Made by a program: the position numbers and the translations under genes
NCBI GenBank assembly: GCA_963810925.1
Contig: CAWEPF010000008.1
Coordinates: 57,994-121,993, forward strand
DNA length: 64,000 bases
Origin: an uncultured Chloroflexia bacterium
GTDB lineage: Bacteria; Chloroflexota; Limnocylindria; QHBO01
Direction of reading: 5' to 3'
Shown here: positions 19,818 to 30,595 of the stretch, one piece after another
Layout of the letters: every line of letters begins with the position of its first letter
Numbering within the stretch: the first letter of the stretch is position 1
Notes under the pieces: model-generated
The model's database searches: none
What the model was told of the DNA's origin: nothing
Seen by the model: the letters and a program-made list of their open reading frames with translations, nothing else

Positions 19818-21542
19818 TCAGGTCTCTCCGAAGAGGATGTCCCGGATCACGGGCGTGGGGGGCGTGCCGTGGGCCAGGACGGCCTCCAGGTGCTGGCGCC
19901 AGCGGAACGGACGCCGTTCCTCGGCGGCTCGCCGTCGGGCCTCGCGCTCGAAGTCGGCCATCTCGGAGTAGCCCAGGAAGTACTCGCACAGCTGGGTGCT
20001 CGACAGGCGAGCCCGGTCCCACTTGGCGGCCGCCTCGGACTCCTCCTGGAACCCCTGCTCGACCATGAGCCGCATGGCCTGCTCGCGGTCCATGTTCCCG
20101 GTGTGGATGGCAATGTCCATCATCGTGTTCGTGATGCCGCGCAGGTAGAACTTCCAGTGGACGAGCATGAGGGCCGGGTCCTCGGCCCCGTAGCCCACGT
20201 CCATCATCACCTGGGTCACGTACACCGCCCAGCCCTCGGCGAAGACGCCGGACTGGAAGATGGCCCGCACCAGCGAGGGGCACCGGTTCGAATAGGCCAG
20301 CTGGAGGTAGTGGCCGGGCACCGCCTCGTGGATGGTCAGCAAGCGGAGCATCCGCGCGTTGTCCTCGCGCAGGTACGACTCGCGCTGCTCATCGGTCCAG
20401 TCGTCCGGCATGGGGGTGATGGCGAAAAAGCTGGACAGCCCCCGGTCGAGCGGCCCGGGCGGGATGAGCATGGCCCCACCGAAGGAGCGCAGGAACTGGG
20501 GGGTCCACACGATCTCCATGGGCTCGTCGGCCAGACCGATGAGACCGATGTCGGTGCAGAACGTCTCGATCCGCTCGTTCTCGGCGCGGCAGAAGTCCAG
20601 CAGCTCGTCCGCCTTGGGGTGGTCGGTCGCGATGGCGTCCAGGACGGCGCGGGCCACGGCGTCGGGGTTGTCGGGCATGGGCTCGTCGCCCTTCCAGGCG
20701 GGCCACAGCTCGACGGCCAGGCGATGGATCTCGGAGCGCACCGCCTCGAACGCGCCATTCGCCCGCTCTCGCAGCTCGGCCGGGTCCATCTCGACCCGCA
20801 GGGCGTGCCGGAACTTCGCGCGGTACAGCGCCGGCCCCAGGCGGAAGTCGCCGGTGGCGGTGGGCAGGAGGGTGTCCGCAATCCACGTCCCGAACCCCTC
20901 GAGGGCGTTCTTGGCGTCCGCGGCCGCCTGCTCCAGGGCGGGACGCAGCGCGGTTCGGGTGGCTTCGTCCTCGACCTTGTCGAGCTCGGCCACCAGGGCG
21001 TCGGCCAGCTGCGCGATCCCCGGCAGGCGCTCGACCGCCTTCTCGGTGTGGAACTGGGCCACCGGACGCTCGCCCGGGTGAGCCAGCTGCTCCCGAGCCG
21101 CGTCGACCAGGGCGGGCATGGCCTGGAGGCGGGCGGTGGCGCTTCGCAGTCGGTCGGGCAGCGGGGCGAAGTCGCGGGCGAGGAGCCCGAACAGCCCGTT
21201 CCCGAAGAGGTACACGAACGCGAGCGGATTCCAGCGCTCCTCCTGGAGGGTCTCCTCGGAGAACGCCATGGACTCCGCCGCGCCGACGAGGATGCGGTGG
21301 TCGATCGCCTCGTCGCGGGTCAGGGCGGCGACGTCGACGGCACCCAGGCGCGCCAACGCGTCCCGGGCGTAGGCCAGTCGGGCGGCGCGCCCGGCATCGG
21401 TCAGGTCAGGCCATTGGCCGTCGTAGTCGTGGAATCCCAGGTCGGTGGCGTGGACCGGGTCCAGCCGGTAGTAGGCGGCCAGCAGCTCATCGGTCAGGGC
21501 GGAGAATTCCATCGGTACCTCGGGCGCGGGACAGGAGCCCAA
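19818..21542 (-). CDS. DUF885 family protein (putative metallopeptidase-like)
   Basis: 574 aa with the hallmark IHEAVPGHYLQ motif of DUF885. Confidence 0.8.
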   Translation of the reverse strand: MGSCPAPEVPMEFSALTDELLAAYYRLDPVHATDLGFHDYDGQWPDLTDAGRAARLAYARDALARLGAVDVAALTRDEAIDHRILVGAAESMAFSEETLQEERWNPLAFVYLFGNGLFGLLARDFAPLPDRLRSATARLQAMPALVDAAREQLAHPGERPVAQFHTEKAVERLPGIAQLADALVAELDKVEDEATRTALRPALEQAAADAKNALEGFGTWIADTLLPTATGDFRLGPALYRAKFRHALRVEMDPAELRERANGAFEAVRSEIHRLAVELWPAWKGDEPMPDNPDAVARAVLDAIATDHPKADELLDFCRAENERIETFCTDIGLIGLADEPMEIVWTPQFLRSFGGAMLIPPGPLDRGLSSFFAITPMPDDWTDEQRESYLREDNARMLRLLTIHEAVPGHYLQLAYSNRCPSLVRAIFQSGVFAEGWAVYVTQVMMDVGYGAEDPALMLVHWKFYLRGITNTMMDIAIHTGNMDREQAMRLMVEQGFQEESEAAAKWDRARLSSTQLCEYFLGYSEMADFEREARRRAAEERRPFRWRQHLEAVLAHGTPPTPVIRDILFGET

Positions 21543-21580
21543 TCCTACCCGGCCGCACCCGTATCATCCCGGCCACCGCC

Positions 21581-22737
21581 GTGACCATCCAGCCGCCGAG
21601 CGACGATCAGCACCTGGCCGAGGCCCGGGCCATCCTGGCCCGCCATCCGGTCCTGGACGGGCACAACGACCTGCCCTGGGAGATCCGCAAGTACACGGCT
21701 GCGCCGGGCGACCTCGCGGCCTACGACCTCCGCACCCGGGCCCCGGCCAAGGGACAGACCGATCTCCCCCGGCTGCGCGCAGGCGGCGTGGGCGGCCAGT
21801 TCTGGAGCGTGTACGTGCCAGGCGAGGGGACGGCCGGGCGGGCGGTCCTCCAGCTGGAGCAGCTGGACCTGGCGCGCCGGATGATCGACCGATACCCAGA
21901 CGACCTCGCGTACTGCACCACGGCTGACCAGGTGGACGCGGCCATGGAAGCCGGGAAGATCGCCTCGCTGCTCGGGATGGAAGGCGGGCACGTCCTGGAG
22001 GGTTCGCTCGGCGCCCTGCGCGCGTTCTCCAACCTCGGGGCGCGTTACCTGACCCTGACCCACAACCAGTCCAACGACCTGGCCGACTCCGCGACCGGCG
22101 AGGTGCTGCACGACGGCCTGTCGGACCTGGGGCGCGACGGCGGTGGCCGAGATGAACCGGCTGGGCATGCTGGTCGACCTGTCGCACACCTCTCCCGCCA
22201 CGATGTCCGACGCGCTCGAGGCCACTCACGCCCCGGTCATCTTCAGCCATTCGTCGGCGCGCGCCCTGTGCGACGTGGCCCGCAACGTGCCCGACGACAT
22301 CCTGCGCCGCATGGCCGCCAACGGCGGGGTGGTGATGGTCACGTTCGTGGCCGGCTTCGTGAGCCCCGACGCGGCCGTCATCCTCATCCCGGCCATCGCG
22401 GAGTTCAGCCGGCGCGCGGCCGGCATCACCGATGTCGCGCGTGCGGGAGGCCATGGCCGAGGAGATCATCGACTCGCTCGAGGTCCCGGCGCCGCCGCTG
22501 AGCGTGGTGGCCGACCACGTCGAGCACGTGGCGGCGGTGGCCGGGCATGACCACGTCGGGCTGGGCGGCGACTACGACGGGAATACGTTCTGGCCGGTGG
22601 GGATGGAGGACGTGTCGAGCTATCCCAGCCTGTTCGCCGAGCTGGTGCGCCGCGGATGGAACGAGGAGCACCTGGCCAAGCTGGCCAACGGGAACATCCG
22701 GCGCGTCCTGCGCGAGGCGGAGTCGGTCGCGGACTGA
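21581..22737 (+). pseudogene. Membrane dipeptidase (peptidase M19), two frame disruptions (~22128-22142 and ~22400-22440)
   Basis: Three consecutive frames carry the protein. [24 protein letters not shown] is in ORF 21581. [25 protein letters not shown] is in ORF 22143. GLGGDYDG is in ORF 22432. Together they form one collinear M19 protein. Confidence 0.85.
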
Positions 22738-22750
22738 CGTCCGGCGTCCT

Positions 22751-24166
22751 CTAGGCGGCGCGGCGCTCCATCAGGAAGATCGTTCGCAGGCTGTCCTCCA
22801 CGGCCGCTTCCTCGCGCACCGTGAAGTGGGCATCGAACGCGGCCCGGAACGAGTCCAGGTCGTAGCTCGTGAAGACGTCCTTCCGCGAGGCGAGCAGCTG
22901 CTGGACCATGGGATCCTCGCGCGGGACGAACTCGACGATCACCGACCGGCCGGCCTGGGCGAACAGCTCCGCGATGCGGCCGAACGGAACGTTGTTGCCG
23001 ATCGCCAGGTGATGGGTCAGGGCCAGGCCCATGACCACGTCCGCCGGACCGCGTTGGAGGAGGGACTTGCGCTCGGTGTGTGCCCAGCCCAGGGCCGGGC
23101 TCGGGTTGGCCAGGTCCATGACCAGCGGGAGCACGGTGGCGCGTTCCTCGGCCGAGAGGTTCCGCCACAGCAGCTCCACGACTGCCGGATCCTGGTCGAA
23201 GGCGATGACCTGGCGCCCGGGTCCAGCGGCGAGCTGGGAGTAGGTCCCCACGTTTGCGCCCAGGTCCCAGACCGTGGTCCCGCCCGCGACACCGAGCATC
23301 CGCTCCACGATGGCCCGCTTGGACGCCGATCCAGCCTCGCTGTAGCTGGTCTGGCGCGTGTAGTCGAGCCAGTGGCTGTCCGGTTCCCGGCGCAGGCCGC
23401 TGACGGCGCCCTTCAGGCTGTCGAGGAGCGCCTCGTGGCGGGTCATGTTCATGGTCCGCGCCCCGCCCGATCCGCCGGCTCGGCCGGCTCCAGCCGTGCC
23501 TGACTCGTTCGAGGCGTCGGGGAGGTCGGCCTGCTGTGCGCGTCGGTCGGCGCCCGCGTGCAGGTGGAGGTGCGGGAGCAGCCCGCCGATCCGCGTCCGC
23601 CCGGGGAGCAGCCCCGCCGCCAGGTCCAGCGGCAGGCCGTCGATGAAGTCACGGAGCATCAGCCCGCAGCGCAGGTCGCGGTGGGCCATCAAGGCCAGGG
23701 GCGCGAGGAAGTGCTTGCAGAACTGGCGGTACGCGGGCCACGGGCGGGTGACGTCCGCGACCTCGAACGAGAGGCTGTCGATGAGCACCGGCCGTCCGCC
23801 GTCGAACTGCACGTTGTACGCGGACGCGTCCCGCAGCCACATGCCCACCTTCAAGGCACGGCGCTGGACCTCGAGGGTCAGCAGCGCGGCCTCGCGCAGC
23901 TGGGAGAAGGCCCACTCGTACGGGTACGAGATGAACGGGACCTCGTGGGGTCGAATGACGAGCGCGGCACCCGGCTCGGGCGCGACGTCGAGGGGAGCCG
24001 GCTCGTGGCTGACGAGGAGCCCATCGGCCACCAGGGAGCCCGCCAAGCCCCGATCCACGAACGCGGCCCAGTCGGCGGCCGCCACCGGCTGGATGGCGCG
24101 ATACAGCGTGCCGTCGCGGCGGAAGACGTAGCCGCTGGGATCTCGGAATGACGCGGGGTCGATCAT
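22751..24166 (-). CDS. Class I SAM-dependent methyltransferase with large N-terminal domain (NoeA-like)
   Basis: 471 aa. The C-terminal part has TVWDLGANVGTYS (SAM motif I) and VMGLALTHHL. The N-terminal ~250 aa domain (FRDPSGYVF..YPYEW) is typical of this two-domain family. Confidence 0.7.
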   Translation of the reverse strand: MIDPASFRDPSGYVFRRDGTLYRAIQPVAAADWAAFVDRGLAGSLVADGLLVSHEPAPLDVAPEPGAALVIRPHEVPFISYPYEWAFSQLREAALLTLEVQRRALKVGMWLRDASAYNVQFDGGRPVLIDSLSFEVADVTRPWPAYRQFCKHFLAPLALMAHRDLRCGLMLRDFIDGLPLDLAAGLLPGRTRIGGLLPHLHLHAGADRRAQQADLPDASNESGTAGAGRAGGSGGARTMNMTRHEALLDSLKGAVSGLRREPDSHWLDYTRQTSYSEAGSASKRAIVERMLGVAGGTTVWDLGANVGTYSQLAAGPGRQVIAFDQDPAVVELLWRNLSAEERATVLPLVMDLANPSPALGWAHTERKSLLQRGPADVVMGLALTHHLAIGNNVPFGRIAELFAQAGRSVIVEFVPREDPMVQQLLASRKDVFTSYDLDSFRAAFDAHFTVREEAAVEDSLRTIFLMERRAA

Positions 24167-24199
24167 CCCCGCGTTAACCGCGTACCGGCCCGGGGCGGG

Positions 24200-24400
24200 T
24201 CAGTGGTCGGAGGCGGAGGGGCCGTCCGACGAAGGAGCCTCGGACGTCGCGGGTTCCTCGACTTCGGCGTCACCACGCAACCGATGCCAGAATCCGCCGA
24301 TCGTGCGCCGGAACATGAACGGGAGCGCCAGGATGGCGGCCAGCAGCGCCTGCAGAATGAGGCTTCCGGACCCCGGATCGATGTATCCCAATGGGTGCAT
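24200..24400 (-). CDS. Small membrane protein (hypothetical)
   Basis: 66 aa with YIDPGSGSLILQALLAAILALPF, a single TM helix and an acidic tail. It lies 33 nt upstream of the methyltransferase on the same strand. Confidence 0.45.
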   Translation of the reverse strand: MHPLGYIDPGSGSLILQALLAAILALPFMFRRTIGGFWHRLRGDAEVEEPATSEAPSSDGPSASDH

Positions 24401-24439
24401 GCGGTGTGAGACGGCCTCGTTGCGGGTAGTGTTTCGCCG

Positions 24440-26018
24440 ATGTTAACCCGCGCGCCGGCCACCGGCGCAAGACGCTGGTGGTACTGGCCGTGGCATAGCC
24501 TGCTTGTCGCCGCCTTCCCGGCCCTGTTCCTGTTCGCGCAGAACACCGCCGACCAGGTCACCCTGGAGCCGTTGTGGGTGCCCCTGATCGTCTGCGTGGT
24601 CGGGGGCCTGCTGCTTCTGCTCGTGTGCTTCGGCTTCCGGCGGGACTGGGCACGCGCCGGCCTCATGGCCACCGCCCTCCTGGCGCTGTTCTTCTCGTAT
24701 GGGCACGTCTGGAACCTGCTCGACGACTCGATCCTCACCCAGCAATGGCCGCTGGTCGTGATCTGGATCATCTGGGCCGCGATTTTCGTGTCCCTCGCCT
24801 GGCGCGGCGGGCCATGGGTCCGGTCGGCGACCCAGGTCCTCAACGTGGTCATCGGCATCCTGGTGGTGCTCAACCTGGTCGTGATCGGCGCCTACCAGTT
24901 CGGCACCCGCTTCTTCCCGCATTCGACCGGCGAGATTCCGGCGGTGGCGGTGGGCGCGGCGGGCCGGCCGGACGTCTACTACATCATCCTGGACCGATAT
25001 GCCGGCGAGGACACCCTGGACCAGGTCTACGGCTACGACAACAGCGCGTTCTACGAAGCGCTCGAGGAGCGCGGATTCACCATCGCCCACCATTCGTGGG
25101 CGGGCTACTTCAAGACCGCGCTGTCCCTGGTCAGCTCACTGAGCATGGACTACCTCGACCCAACCGCTTACAACAAGAGCAACCCAGACGACTTCGGCGC
25201 GATCCACGCCGCGCTCCAGAACCGGCTCGCTGCCCCGGCCACGCTGAAGGAGCTGGGATACGAGTACGTCCACATCGGCAACTGGTGGGAGCCCTCGTCC
25301 AAGAACGTGGACGCCGACGTCGTCGAGAAGTACAGCGCAGTACAGCGAGTTCGCCACCGTGCTGGCCGGCACCACCATGCTCGTGGCGCTCGCCCCCGAA
25401 TCGGTCCCCTCCGCGGACAAGGACCCGGAGTCGATCGACTACCCCGAGCTCGCCCGGCGGAGCGTGATCTTTGGATTCGACGCCATCGAGGACGCCGCCA
25501 CCCGCCCCGGGCCGACCTACACCTTCGCCCACCTGACGATCCCCCACCCGCCGTACGTGTTCGACACCGATGGATCCATGCCCACCGACCAGGAGCGAAC
25601 CGATCGGCCCGAGAAGGAGGAGTACATCCGCCAGCTCGAGTACGCGAACACCCGAACCCTGGAGGTCCTCGACACCATCCTGGCCAATGTTGGGCCGGAC
25701 GACCCCGACCCGATCATCATCCTGCAGTCCGACGAGGGTCCCTGGCCGCCGGGCTTCACGGCCGACCAGGAGAACTTCAAGTGGCTCGAGGCGTCGGACG
25801 AAGAGATCGGCTGGAAGTTCCGGATCCTCAATGCCTACCGGATGCCGGGGGTGGACCTCCCGGCGCAGGGCTTCACCGATGACATCGGTCCGGTGAACGC
25901 GTTCCGGATCCTGTTCAACGCCTACTTCGGGGCCCACCTGGAGCTGCTCCCGAACAAGACGTACCTCTCACCGGACTACGACCACATGTTCGACTTCGTG
26001 GAGTATCCACAGCACTAG
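24440..26018 (+). pseudogene. Membrane-anchored sulfatase-like (alkaline-phosphatase superfamily, LtaS/EptA-like) protein, frame disruption at ~25331-25350
   Basis: It has N-terminal multi-TM helices, then RPDVYYIILDRY. After the shift (ORF 25359..26018) it continues with FAHLTIPHPPYVF and IIILQSDEGPW. The two ORFs are collinear. Confidence 0.75.
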
Positions 26019-26033
26019 GGACCGATCTATCGG

Positions 26034-26868
26034 TCAGGGGGTGGGCGACCCCGAGGGTGAAGCCGAAGGAGTGGGGGTCGGCGGGGGCGGTGCGGTGGTC
26101 TGGACCAGGAACGATTGTCCATCGGCACCGGCCGCCATGTAGCCCCGGATCGGCGAGCCGCCGGCCTGGAGGACGACCGTTTCGACCTGGTACCAGACCA
26201 GGCCGTCGACGACCTGCGCGGGAGACAGGATCCGGACGACGTCACCGGTGAACAGCGCGCCCACCACCGTGGAATCGGTCGCCGGCGTCACCCGGACCCG
26301 GACGCCATCCGCGACGACCTCCGCGTAGTCGCCGGCCGACAGGTCGGTGGGGGCCGTCGCGCTCGGAGTGGCGCTCGGCGCATGGGTGAGCTCGATCGTT
26401 ACCGTGACCTCCACCTCGCAGACCGAGCGACGGCGGCGAAGCGGGCGCATCGGTGGGCTGCGGACCGTCGTAACCCTGGTAACCGTCCACGTCATCGGTC
26501 CAGCCTCGATGCCCGGTGGCGACGGGATACGTGACCCCGGGGGCTGCCTGCATCTCCGCCGAGAAGTCACCAGACGCGGTGGAGGTGTAGTCCAGCACCG
26601 TGTCCCCGTAGAAGTCGATCGTCACCGCCGAGCTGGGCGGGAATCCCGAACCCGCGAAGAACAGGATGTCGTCGGACGCTCCGGTGTCGGGATCGACCCG
26701 AATGGTGGTCGGGGTCACGCTGACCTGGCACTCGGCCGCCGAGGACGGGGACGGGGTCGGTGAGGAGGACGGCGACTGGCGGGAGGAGAGGCCGAACCCG
26801 ATCGCGAATCCCACGATCAGCACGACGGCACCCCCGAACCCGATGAAGGTCCATTGGCGCCGGGTCAT
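26034..26868 (-). pseudogene. Membrane-anchored protein with C-terminal SH3b-like domain, frame disruption at ~26420-26460
   Basis: ORF 26242..26868 gives the TM anchor and N-terminal domain. ORF 26034..26570 gives GDYAEVVADGVRVRVTPATDSTVVGALFTGDVVRIL..WYQVE (SH3-like) and a Pro/Thr tail. Confidence 0.6.
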
Positions 26869-27908
26869 CGGGGTGGCGGCACCAGCATCCCGAACCGATC
26901 GGGGTCAACCGCGGCGGCCACCTGGATGGCGTTCAGCGCGGCCCCCTTGCGCAGGTTGTCGCTGGCCACGAACAGGGCGAAGCCGCGCGGTCGCTCGGGG
27001 ATGGCCCGCAACCGGCCCACCAGGACCGGGTCACGACCTTCGACGTCGAGCGGCATGGGGTGGCGCTCGGATCCGTCGGCCGGGCGGTACTCGACCCCCG
27101 GTGCGCGGCGCAGGGCGTCCTCGATCGCCGCCACGCTGGTGTCGCGTTCGGTTCGCAGGTGGAGCGCAAGCGAGTGGCCAGTGTGCACGGGGACGCGGAC
27201 CGTCGTCGCGGCCACGTCCAGGTTTGGCAGGCCCAGGATCTTGCGCATCTCGGCGCGGACCTTGCGCTCCTCCCCGCTCCAGCCGTCCTCGCCCAGGACG
27301 TCGATCTGGGGCACGACCGAATCGGCCACGCGTCCGTGGAACGGGCTGCCGGCGGCAGCCTCGCGATCATCGGTCCCGCGCTCGGCCACGAAGGCCTCCA
27401 CACCCGCTCTGCCGGCCCCGCTGACCGCCTGGTACGAGGCCACGTCCACGCTTTCCAAACCGGCGAGGTCGCGGATGGGCGCGAGCGCCATCACCGCCGC
27501 CGCAGTGGTGCAGTTGGGGTTCGCCACCACGTGGCCCGCGTATCCGTCCAGGTCGGCGGCATTGACCTCGGGCACGACCAGCGGGACGGCCGGGTCCAGC
27601 CGGTACGCGCTCGAGTTGTCGACCACGAGCGGCACCGCGCGCGCCGGCCCCTCGACCAGATCGCGCGAGACGGCGCCATCGGTGGCCAGGAACAGGACGT
27701 CCAGCTCGGCAGCCGCGGACTCGTCCAGGATGCGGACCGGGATCTCGGTCGATCCAAACAGGACCGATCCAGTCTCGGTTCCGAAGGCCCGGACCTGTCC
27801 GGCCGGCAGGCCGGCATCGGTCAGGATGGACAGGAAGACCGATCCAACCAGCCCGCGGGCACCCGCCACGCCCACTGTCGGCCAGGCTGTGGCGTCCCGC
27901 TCAGGCAT
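26865..27908 (-). CDS. asd: Aspartate-semialdehyde dehydrogenase
   Basis: The 348-aa portion of ORF 26865..28841 starting at MPERD carries VGVAGARGLVG, VANPNCTTAA, SYQAVSGAG and ASDNLRKGAALNA. The start overlaps the hom stop. Confidence 0.9.
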   Translation of the reverse strand: MPERDATAWPTVGVAGARGLVGSVFLSILTDAGLPAGQVRAFGTETGSVLFGSTEIPVRILDESAAAELDVLFLATDGAVSRDLVEGPARAVPLVVDNSSAYRLDPAVPLVVPEVNAADLDGYAGHVVANPNCTTAAAVMALAPIRDLAGLESVDVASYQAVSGAGRAGVEAFVAERGTDDREAAAGSPFHGRVADSVVPQIDVLGEDGWSGEERKVRAEMRKILGLPNLDVAATTVRVPVHTGHSLALHLRTERDTSVAAIEDALRRAPGVEYRPADGSERHPMPLDVEGRDPVLVGRLRAIPERPRGFALFVASDNLRKGAALNAIQVAAAVDPDRFGMLVPPPR

Positions 27909-28841
27909 TCGCCGGCGCTCCCACGATCGGACGCTCTCCGCGAACCAGCCGCGCGAGATCGGCATACACCGCGCCGGCCGTGGCGCGGCCACCGGCACCG
28001 GGACCCTGGATACGCACGGTGGACAGTCCTTCCACCTCGACCTCCAGCGCGCACTCGACGCCGCGGAGCGCCGCCAGCGGTGAGCCCGCGGGCAGCGTGA
28101 CCGGCGTGACGCGAAGTGTTTCGGGCGTGGCCTCGGCCACCAGGCGCACGGCGGCGCCGGGCTCCACGGTCCAGCCCCACGATGCCCTGGGTATCCACCT
28201 CGCCCTCGCTCCGCCATCGGCCCCAGGCGACCCAGGCCAGGATGGCCAGCTTCTGCGCCGCGTCGTGCCCGTTCACGTCCAGGGTCGGATCGGCCTCGGC
28301 GAAGCCCGCCGCCTGGGCATCGGCCAGGGCGTCGCCGTACGTCCGGCCCTCGCTCATGGCTGACAGGATGAAGGTGGTCGTTGCGTTGAGCAGCCCGCGC
28401 AGGCGCCGAATGGCGCCCGGTCGCGGCCAGGTGCTCGGTCACCTCCAGCATGGGCGTTCCCCCACCAACCGAGGCGGACGCCAGGAGCGCGGCGCCGGTG
28501 TCGCGAGCCAGGTCCGCCAGCTCCCCGCCGTACGCGGCGAGGAGCGCCTTGTTGGCCGTCACGTAGGGCAGGCCCGCGCCCAGTGCCGCCATGGCCCACT
28601 CCCGTGGCAGGTCCACGCCACCGGCGAGCTCCACGACGGCGTCCACCACGCCCAGGTCCCCGGGCTCGTCCCCGACCGGGACACCCGCGGGCAATGAGGC
28701 GGATCGCTCCCGCGCCGGGTCACGCACGGCGACCCAGGCCAGGCGCACGGGGAGCGGCCCGGTGGTCACCAGCCCGCCCAGGGCGGAGCCCACCGTTCCC
28801 CAGCCCACCAGTCCGATCCGGAGCGATTCCATGGACCTCAC
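27901..28841 (-). pseudogene. hom: Homoserine dehydrogenase, two frame disruptions (~28406-28418 and ~28165-28178)
   Basis: IGLVGWGTVG..VTANKALLA..GGTPML is in the frame of ORF 26865..28841. IRRLRGLLNATTTFILSAMSEGRTYGDALADAQAAGFAEADPTLDVNGHDAAQKLAILA is in the frame of ORF 27821..28357. The C-terminal ACT-like part is in ORF 27901..28167. Confidence 0.85.
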
Positions 28842-28858
28842 GGTATCCTTCGCGGGCC

Positions 28859-29200
28859 ATGGGCGCCACCGAGACGATCGACCTGTTCCTGGAGCTGATC
28901 AACGACGACCAGCGCGAGCGCGCGGTCGACCTGTTCTCGGAGCAGGCGATCATGGGCATCTCGACCCCCGGCTCGGACGAGCGCACGAACCTGCGCGGCC
29001 GCGAGCGGGTGGGCGGCTGGTTCATCCGCGCCGGCGACGGATTCCGGATGTACGTGAACGACAGCCGCAACATGGGCAGCTCATTGATCGCGGACGTGAC
29101 CGTCATCCGGCCGGGTGCACCGCTGCTCCACGTTGAAGCCAACTTCCGGGTCGAAGGCGGCGAGATCGTCTCGCTCTTCCTCCAGCCTTCAAGCGGCTAG
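28859..29200 (+). CDS. SnoaL/NTF2-like fold protein (hypothetical)
   Basis: 113 aa from ATG 28859, within track ORF 28583..29200. It starts IDLFLELINDDQRERAVDLFSEQA and has an alpha+beta pattern typical of NTF2-like proteins. Confidence 0.5.
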   Translation: MGATETIDLFLELINDDQRERAVDLFSEQAIMGISTPGSDERTNLRGRERVGGWFIRAGDGFRMYVNDSRNMGSSLIADVTVIRPGAPLLHVEANFRVEGGEIVSLFLQPSSG

Positions 29201-29212
29201 CGCGGGTCGGCC

Positions 29213-29992
29213 CTAGGGAAACAGGTCCCGCTCGCGGGCCATGACCAGGGGTCGGGCGCCCAGGTCCTCTCCCCCCGGCGCCACGAACGGAAAGCCCCGG
29301 ATCACGACCACCGGACGTCCGGTGGCCTTCCCGGCCGCCAGGTCAGCGGCACTCGCCAGCTCGTCGGCCACGGCGACCACTGTCGCGTGCAGCTCCCGCC
29401 CGTCCGCGTCCGCGGTCCCGCGCAGGTCGGCCAGGACGTCGATCCCCGCGCTACCCAGCGCCACGTCGGTGATCCCGTCGCGCCACGGCCGTCCGAACGA
29501 GTCGGACACGATGACCGCCGGCCGCGCTCCCGTCAGCTCGCCCAGTCGAGCACGAATGGCCCGGGCCGACCCATCGGGATCCTTGGGCAGGAGCGTGGCC
29601 CGCTCCCCGTCCCCCGGGCCGGTGTTCGAGAGGTCCACCCCGGCGTTGGCGCACACGAACCCGTGCCGGGTCCGACTGATGATCAGGCCACCGTCCGCCA
29701 TGCGAAGCACCTCGGCGCTCTCCCGCAGCACGAGCTCCACCTGGCGCGGGTCCTTCCCCCACTGCGCGCCCCACTGGCGGGCTGTCTCGCCCGGCTCCAC
29801 GGCGGCCAGGTCCACCACCCGGCCCTCCGCCTTGCTGACGACCTTCTGCGTCACGACCACCACGTCCGCATCGGTCAGACCGATGGCGGCGGCCTCCGCC
29901 GCCGCCGCGATCATCGCCCCCAGGTCGTCCCCGGGCTGCACCTCGCCCATCCCCTCCAGCGCGACGAGCTGGATGCCGCTGCCCCCGTTCAC
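29213..29992 (-). CDS. cofE: Coenzyme F420-0:L-glutamate ligase
   Basis: PGDDLGAMI..VVVVTQKVVSKAEGR..SRTRHGFVCANAGVD..VSDSFGRPWR is diagnostic for CofE/FbiB-N. GTG 29992 gives a GTGA overlap with the cofC stop. The track ORF extends to ATG 30016. Confidence 0.85.
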   Translation of the reverse strand: MNGGSGIQLVALEGMGEVQPGDDLGAMIAAAAEAAAIGLTDADVVVVTQKVVSKAEGRVVDLAAVEPGETARQWGAQWGKDPRQVELVLRESAEVLRMADGGLIISRTRHGFVCANAGVDLSNTGPGDGERATLLPKDPDGSARAIRARLGELTGARPAVIVSDSFGRPWRDGITDVALGSAGIDVLADLRGTADADGRELHATVVAVADELASAADLAAGKATGRPVVVIRGFPFVAPGGEDLGARPLVMARERDLFP

Positions 29993-30586
29993 GCCGCGTG
30001 GCCCCGTGCCAGCCACGCGGCCAGGTCAGCCGGCGTGTCGAGGTCGAACGCCAGGCCCGCGCGGCGCACGACGGTGACCGCGGCGCCCGCCCGCTCCCCC
30101 GCCCCCCGGTGGGCCGCGAAGCTGTCGGGGCCGAACGCAAAGTTGATCGCATCCGGTGGGGACAGGGCCAACCCGTTCGTCCCACGACCGGCCGCGTCGG
30201 GAGCAATCGCGATGATCGGCGCGCCGCGTGCGGCGCTCAGGAGCGCCGTGACGTCCGAGGCAGCCAGGTCCGGAAGGTCGCCATGGAGCACGGCAACCAG
30301 CGTGACGTCGGCTTCGATCGCCTCGTCACGGGCCTGCCGAAGGCCGCTGTTCAAGCCCATGCCGTGCTGGACGGAGAGGGCGGCACCCGTTTCCGCGACG
30401 ACGGCTCGACAGCGCGGGGTCGGGCGAGATGACGACCACCTCGTGGCCCGTGGACACGGCGGTGGCCAGGACGTGGCGCAGGAGCCGCTCGGCCAGGGCC
30501 GCGCGCTCGTCCGGCTCCAGGACGGCGGCCAGGCGCGTCTTCGCATGCTCGAGCCCGCGGTGCGGGACGATGATCCGGGTCGTCAC
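29989..30586 (-). pseudogene. cofC: 2-phospho-L-lactate / phosphoenolpyruvate guanylyltransferase (CofC/FbiD), frame disruption at ~30400-30412
   Basis: The N-terminus is in ORF 30326..30586 (IIVPHRGLEHAKTRL). The remainder is in ORF 29989..30546 (GMGLNSGL..HGDLPDL..GTNGL). The two are collinear after removing one base. Confidence 0.8.
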
Positions 30587-30595
30587 CCCCGCAGC

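Noticed and set aside
26865-28841. A single 658-aa ORF suggesting a fused homoserine dehydrogenase / aspartate-semialdehyde dehydrogenase.
   Set aside because: Only the N-terminal ~140 aa (hom) and the C-terminal 348 aa (asd) are meaningful. The middle is out-of-frame read-through of hom. The true hom continuation lies in two other frames, and asd has its own ATG at 27908.
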